Positions 62,806 through 64,000 of a stretch of DNA of 64,000 nt are shown piece by piece. The stretch is from Desulfobacterales bacterium (lineage in GTDB: Bacteria; Desulfobacterota; Desulfobacteria; Desulfobacterales; UBA5852). Positions within the stretch are counted from its first letter, which is position 1; the number at the start of each line of letters is the position of its first letter. The notes beneath the pieces are model-generated. The model made no database searches and had not been told where the DNA came from. It saw only the letters and a program-made list of their open reading frames with translations. Made by a program: the position numbers and the translations under genes. The stretch covers positions 672,001-736,000 of the forward strand of contig CAXXVS010000001.1 of NCBI GenBank assembly GCA_963674755.2, read 5' to 3'.

Positions 62806-64000
62806 ATGACCAAACCCCGTGTACCCATGGGAGCGGTAATTGGAAGGGCCCTCATTGCGCCCCTATACCTGGAGGCGGCTTCCTGGAAAGCCCTTGTCAG
62901 ATCCCTGCTGACCCTTGCGCTTGTGGGCCTGTTGCCGGTCGCCGCAGCCTATTTTCACATGGGATGGATGGTACAGGTGGCCGCGTTCGCATTTCTCTGG
63001 GTCGCAATCCTCTTGCTGGCCTGGAACTTCGAGCGCCACCTGCTGCTGGGGGCGGCGGCCGGTGAATCCGATCCGAGGCTGCGGCAGCGCTACGGGCTCA
63101 ATCTTATGGTCCTGGTCGTCGGGGGCATGTTGCTGGCATTTGTCATTTGGTATTTGCTGCAATGGGTGCTCGCGGCCATATTTTTACTGCATTTGGCTGC
63201 CAGCGATAACAACCCTTTACCTTCAGTGGCCTACGTACTGGGATGGATCGTGGCGATTTCGGTGGCGGGTTCGTTTCCGGTTCGTTTTGTCCTGCTGCTG
63301 CCGGCCGCGGCGGCAGGCCACGATATCGCGCCTAAGAGAATCTGGCGCCTGACCCGCGGCAACGGGCTGCGGCTTTTCCTGGTGCTTGTCATCCTTCCGG
63401 GCGTGCTGGCCGGCTATGGGCAATTGCCCCTCGCCTCAGGCCGCAGCTTTCCAGGGAGCGCGATGGTGGCCGGTCTGCTGACCGCTTACGGGGGCATGGT
63501 GTATTTGGCGGTTCTGGCATGGACCTATCGCAGCCTGTCCGCCATGCCGCTGCCGGAACTCAAACAAGGTGCCGGAGCGCGCCTGCTCAGGGATAATGCC
63601 CGCAGACTGTGGGCGGCGCTGGCGATCGTCCTGCTTCTGTTCGGCGGCGTTGCGGTTTATAACGCTTTCTACAGGACGGCCCCGGGGGAAACCGTTCAAA
63701 TCCTGCGCTTCGGCAAACCGCAACGCATCGCATCCGATCCCGGCACACGGGTCAAGATCCCCTTTGTCGAGGAAGCGCGCCCGCTGCCCGATGTTTTTCA
63801 AGCCCAATACCAAGGCACGTACCTGACCTACCACAAAGAGTTAGTGCCATTGGACTGCCGGGTCCAGTGGCGGATCGTCGACGCGGCGGTTTTTGACAGG
63901 ACGATAGGTGGCCGCACCACGTGTGCCGATGGCATCATCGGCGATCTCGTGATCAGCCTGCTGCGGGACCGCTTCGCGAGGCTGGGCCCGGATGACATTC
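62806..64000 (+). CDS. multi-TM protein fused to an HflC-like SPFH domain (runs off the window; not in ORF track)
   Basis: Manual translation is open from ATG 62806 to the window end; TM helices, then ETVQILRFGKP...PGTRVKIPFVE...QWRIVD. Confidence 0.8.
   Translation, partial: MTKPRVPMGAVIGRALIAPLYLEAASWKALVRSLLTLALVGLLPVAAAYFHMGWMVQVAAFAFLWVAILLLAWNFERHLLLGAAAGESDPRLRQRYGLNLMVLVVGGMLLAFVIWYLLQWVLAAIFLLHLAASDNNPLPSVAYVLGWIVAISVAGSFPVRFVLLLPAAAAGHDIAPKRIWRLTRGNGLRLFLVLVILPGVLAGYGQLPLASGRSFPGSAMVAGLLTAYGGMVYLAVLAWTYRSLSAMPLPELKQGAGARLLRDNARRLWAALAIVLLLFGGVAVYNAFYRTAPGETVQILRFGKPQRIASDPGTRVKIPFVEEARPLPDVFQAQYQGTYLTYHKELVPLDCRVQWRIVDAAVFDRTIGGRTTCADGIIGDLVISLLRDRFARLGPDDI

Overview
The window looks like a Desulfobacterota-type (deltaproteobacterial) chromosome segment and has three parts. 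(1) ~0.1-42.6 kb is an almost entirely minus-strand cluster of stress-type genes: GT4/GH130 sugar enzymes, SPFH pairs, CsbD, lmo0937-like, BON, LapA, ClsB, RNB, FtsH-HflKC, KhpA, PAS kinases and a PAS-sigma54 activator. It falls into four blocks. Each block is headed by the same tandem palindrome (GGTCATATATGACC x2, 3-bp spacer), which lies 102-103 bp upstream of a sigma54-type -24/-12 promoter. This is a candidate undescribed sigma54 stress regulon, and it carries several duplication and deletion scars. (2) ~43-49.6 kb holds metabolic genes, gene remnants and an orphan type IV TA-like antitoxin. (3) ~50.3-62.8 kb is an AT-rich integron-type cassette array with attC sites and attI-like starts but no integrase in the window. 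It opens with an ORF-less cassette and carries candidate defence cassettes. Two families of short palindromic elements interrupt it, it contains a ~380-bp duplication, and a group II intron sits in sense orientation at the end of the last attC. All calls come from reading motifs by eye; no database searches were run.
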